This document shows, piece after piece, positions 63,774 through 64,000 of a stretch of DNA of 64,000 bases; within the stretch, counting starts at the first letter, position 1; each line of letters opens with the position of its first letter. This DNA is from Lepidodermella squamata. Lineage: Eukaryota; Animalia; Gastrotricha. The notes below the pieces were generated by a model. The model did no database searches. It was not told where the DNA came from and saw only the letters and a program-made list of their open reading frames with translations. A program made the translations under genes and the position numbers. The stretch covers positions 3,596,001 to 3,660,000 of the forward strand of contig JBLDXI010000013.1 in the NCBI GenBank assembly GCA_047495785.1, given 5' to 3'.

Positions 63774-64000
63774 TTTTATATTTGATGAAAAGTCTACGTC
63801 AATAAACGCCGAACAGAATGCTTCGATGCTAGCCTTCGTCAATAAATAGAGCAAAAAAATAAGTGTGTCAAGTTTATTTCAACGCTTTCCAATTTCAATG
63901 CTTGCAGCCGAGCACCTGCTCGTAATAATCCCCACGCCGCTGTCCGACAAAAAGTCGGTCAAATTCTCAGCGTGTTCTGGTCACGCAAAAATCACGTACT

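Noticed and set aside
1-64000. Prokaryotic systems (CRISPR array, operons, defence islands), rRNA or tRNA genes
   Set aside because: Genes are spliceosomal and animal-type; no regularly spaced repeat-spacer array or recognisable structural RNA was seen.

Overview
Eukaryotic DNA from an invertebrate animal with a compact, intron-dense genome (GT-AG introns mostly 43-70 nt, AATAAA signals after many stops); I cannot name the taxon. The supplied ORF track fragments nearly every gene, so I rebuilt genes by hand from splice signals. Contents: (1) an apparently identical 8,521-bp tandem duplication (1-5064 = 8522-13585, junction 5064/5065) carrying a secreted Temptin + 7 Sushi/CCP gene; (2) at least 14 distinct paralogues of a family of two-exon, four-transmembrane proteins that I do not recognise, spread across 2-52 kb; (3) two inverted, 6-intron copies of a thermolysin-family (M4) vibriolysin/elastase-like metalloprotease with a bacterial pre-pro-catalytic-PPC layout, a candidate domesticated horizontal transfer; (4) a non-alpha Cys-loop channel subunit, and a second pentameric channel subunit lacking both Cys-loop cysteines; (5) an older duplicated module [Cys-less channel / CAP protein / Gly-Tyr-rich polypeptide precursor] with reciprocal gene loss; (6) an intronless GABA-B-like class C GPCR, an SLC5 symporter, a CYP2-clan P450 and two sigma-like GSTs; (7) a Tc1/mariner-type MITE and a degenerate REL-type non-LTR retrotransposon fragment. 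No rRNA, tRNA or CRISPR array was seen. All family calls come from recognising motifs by eye, not from database searches.
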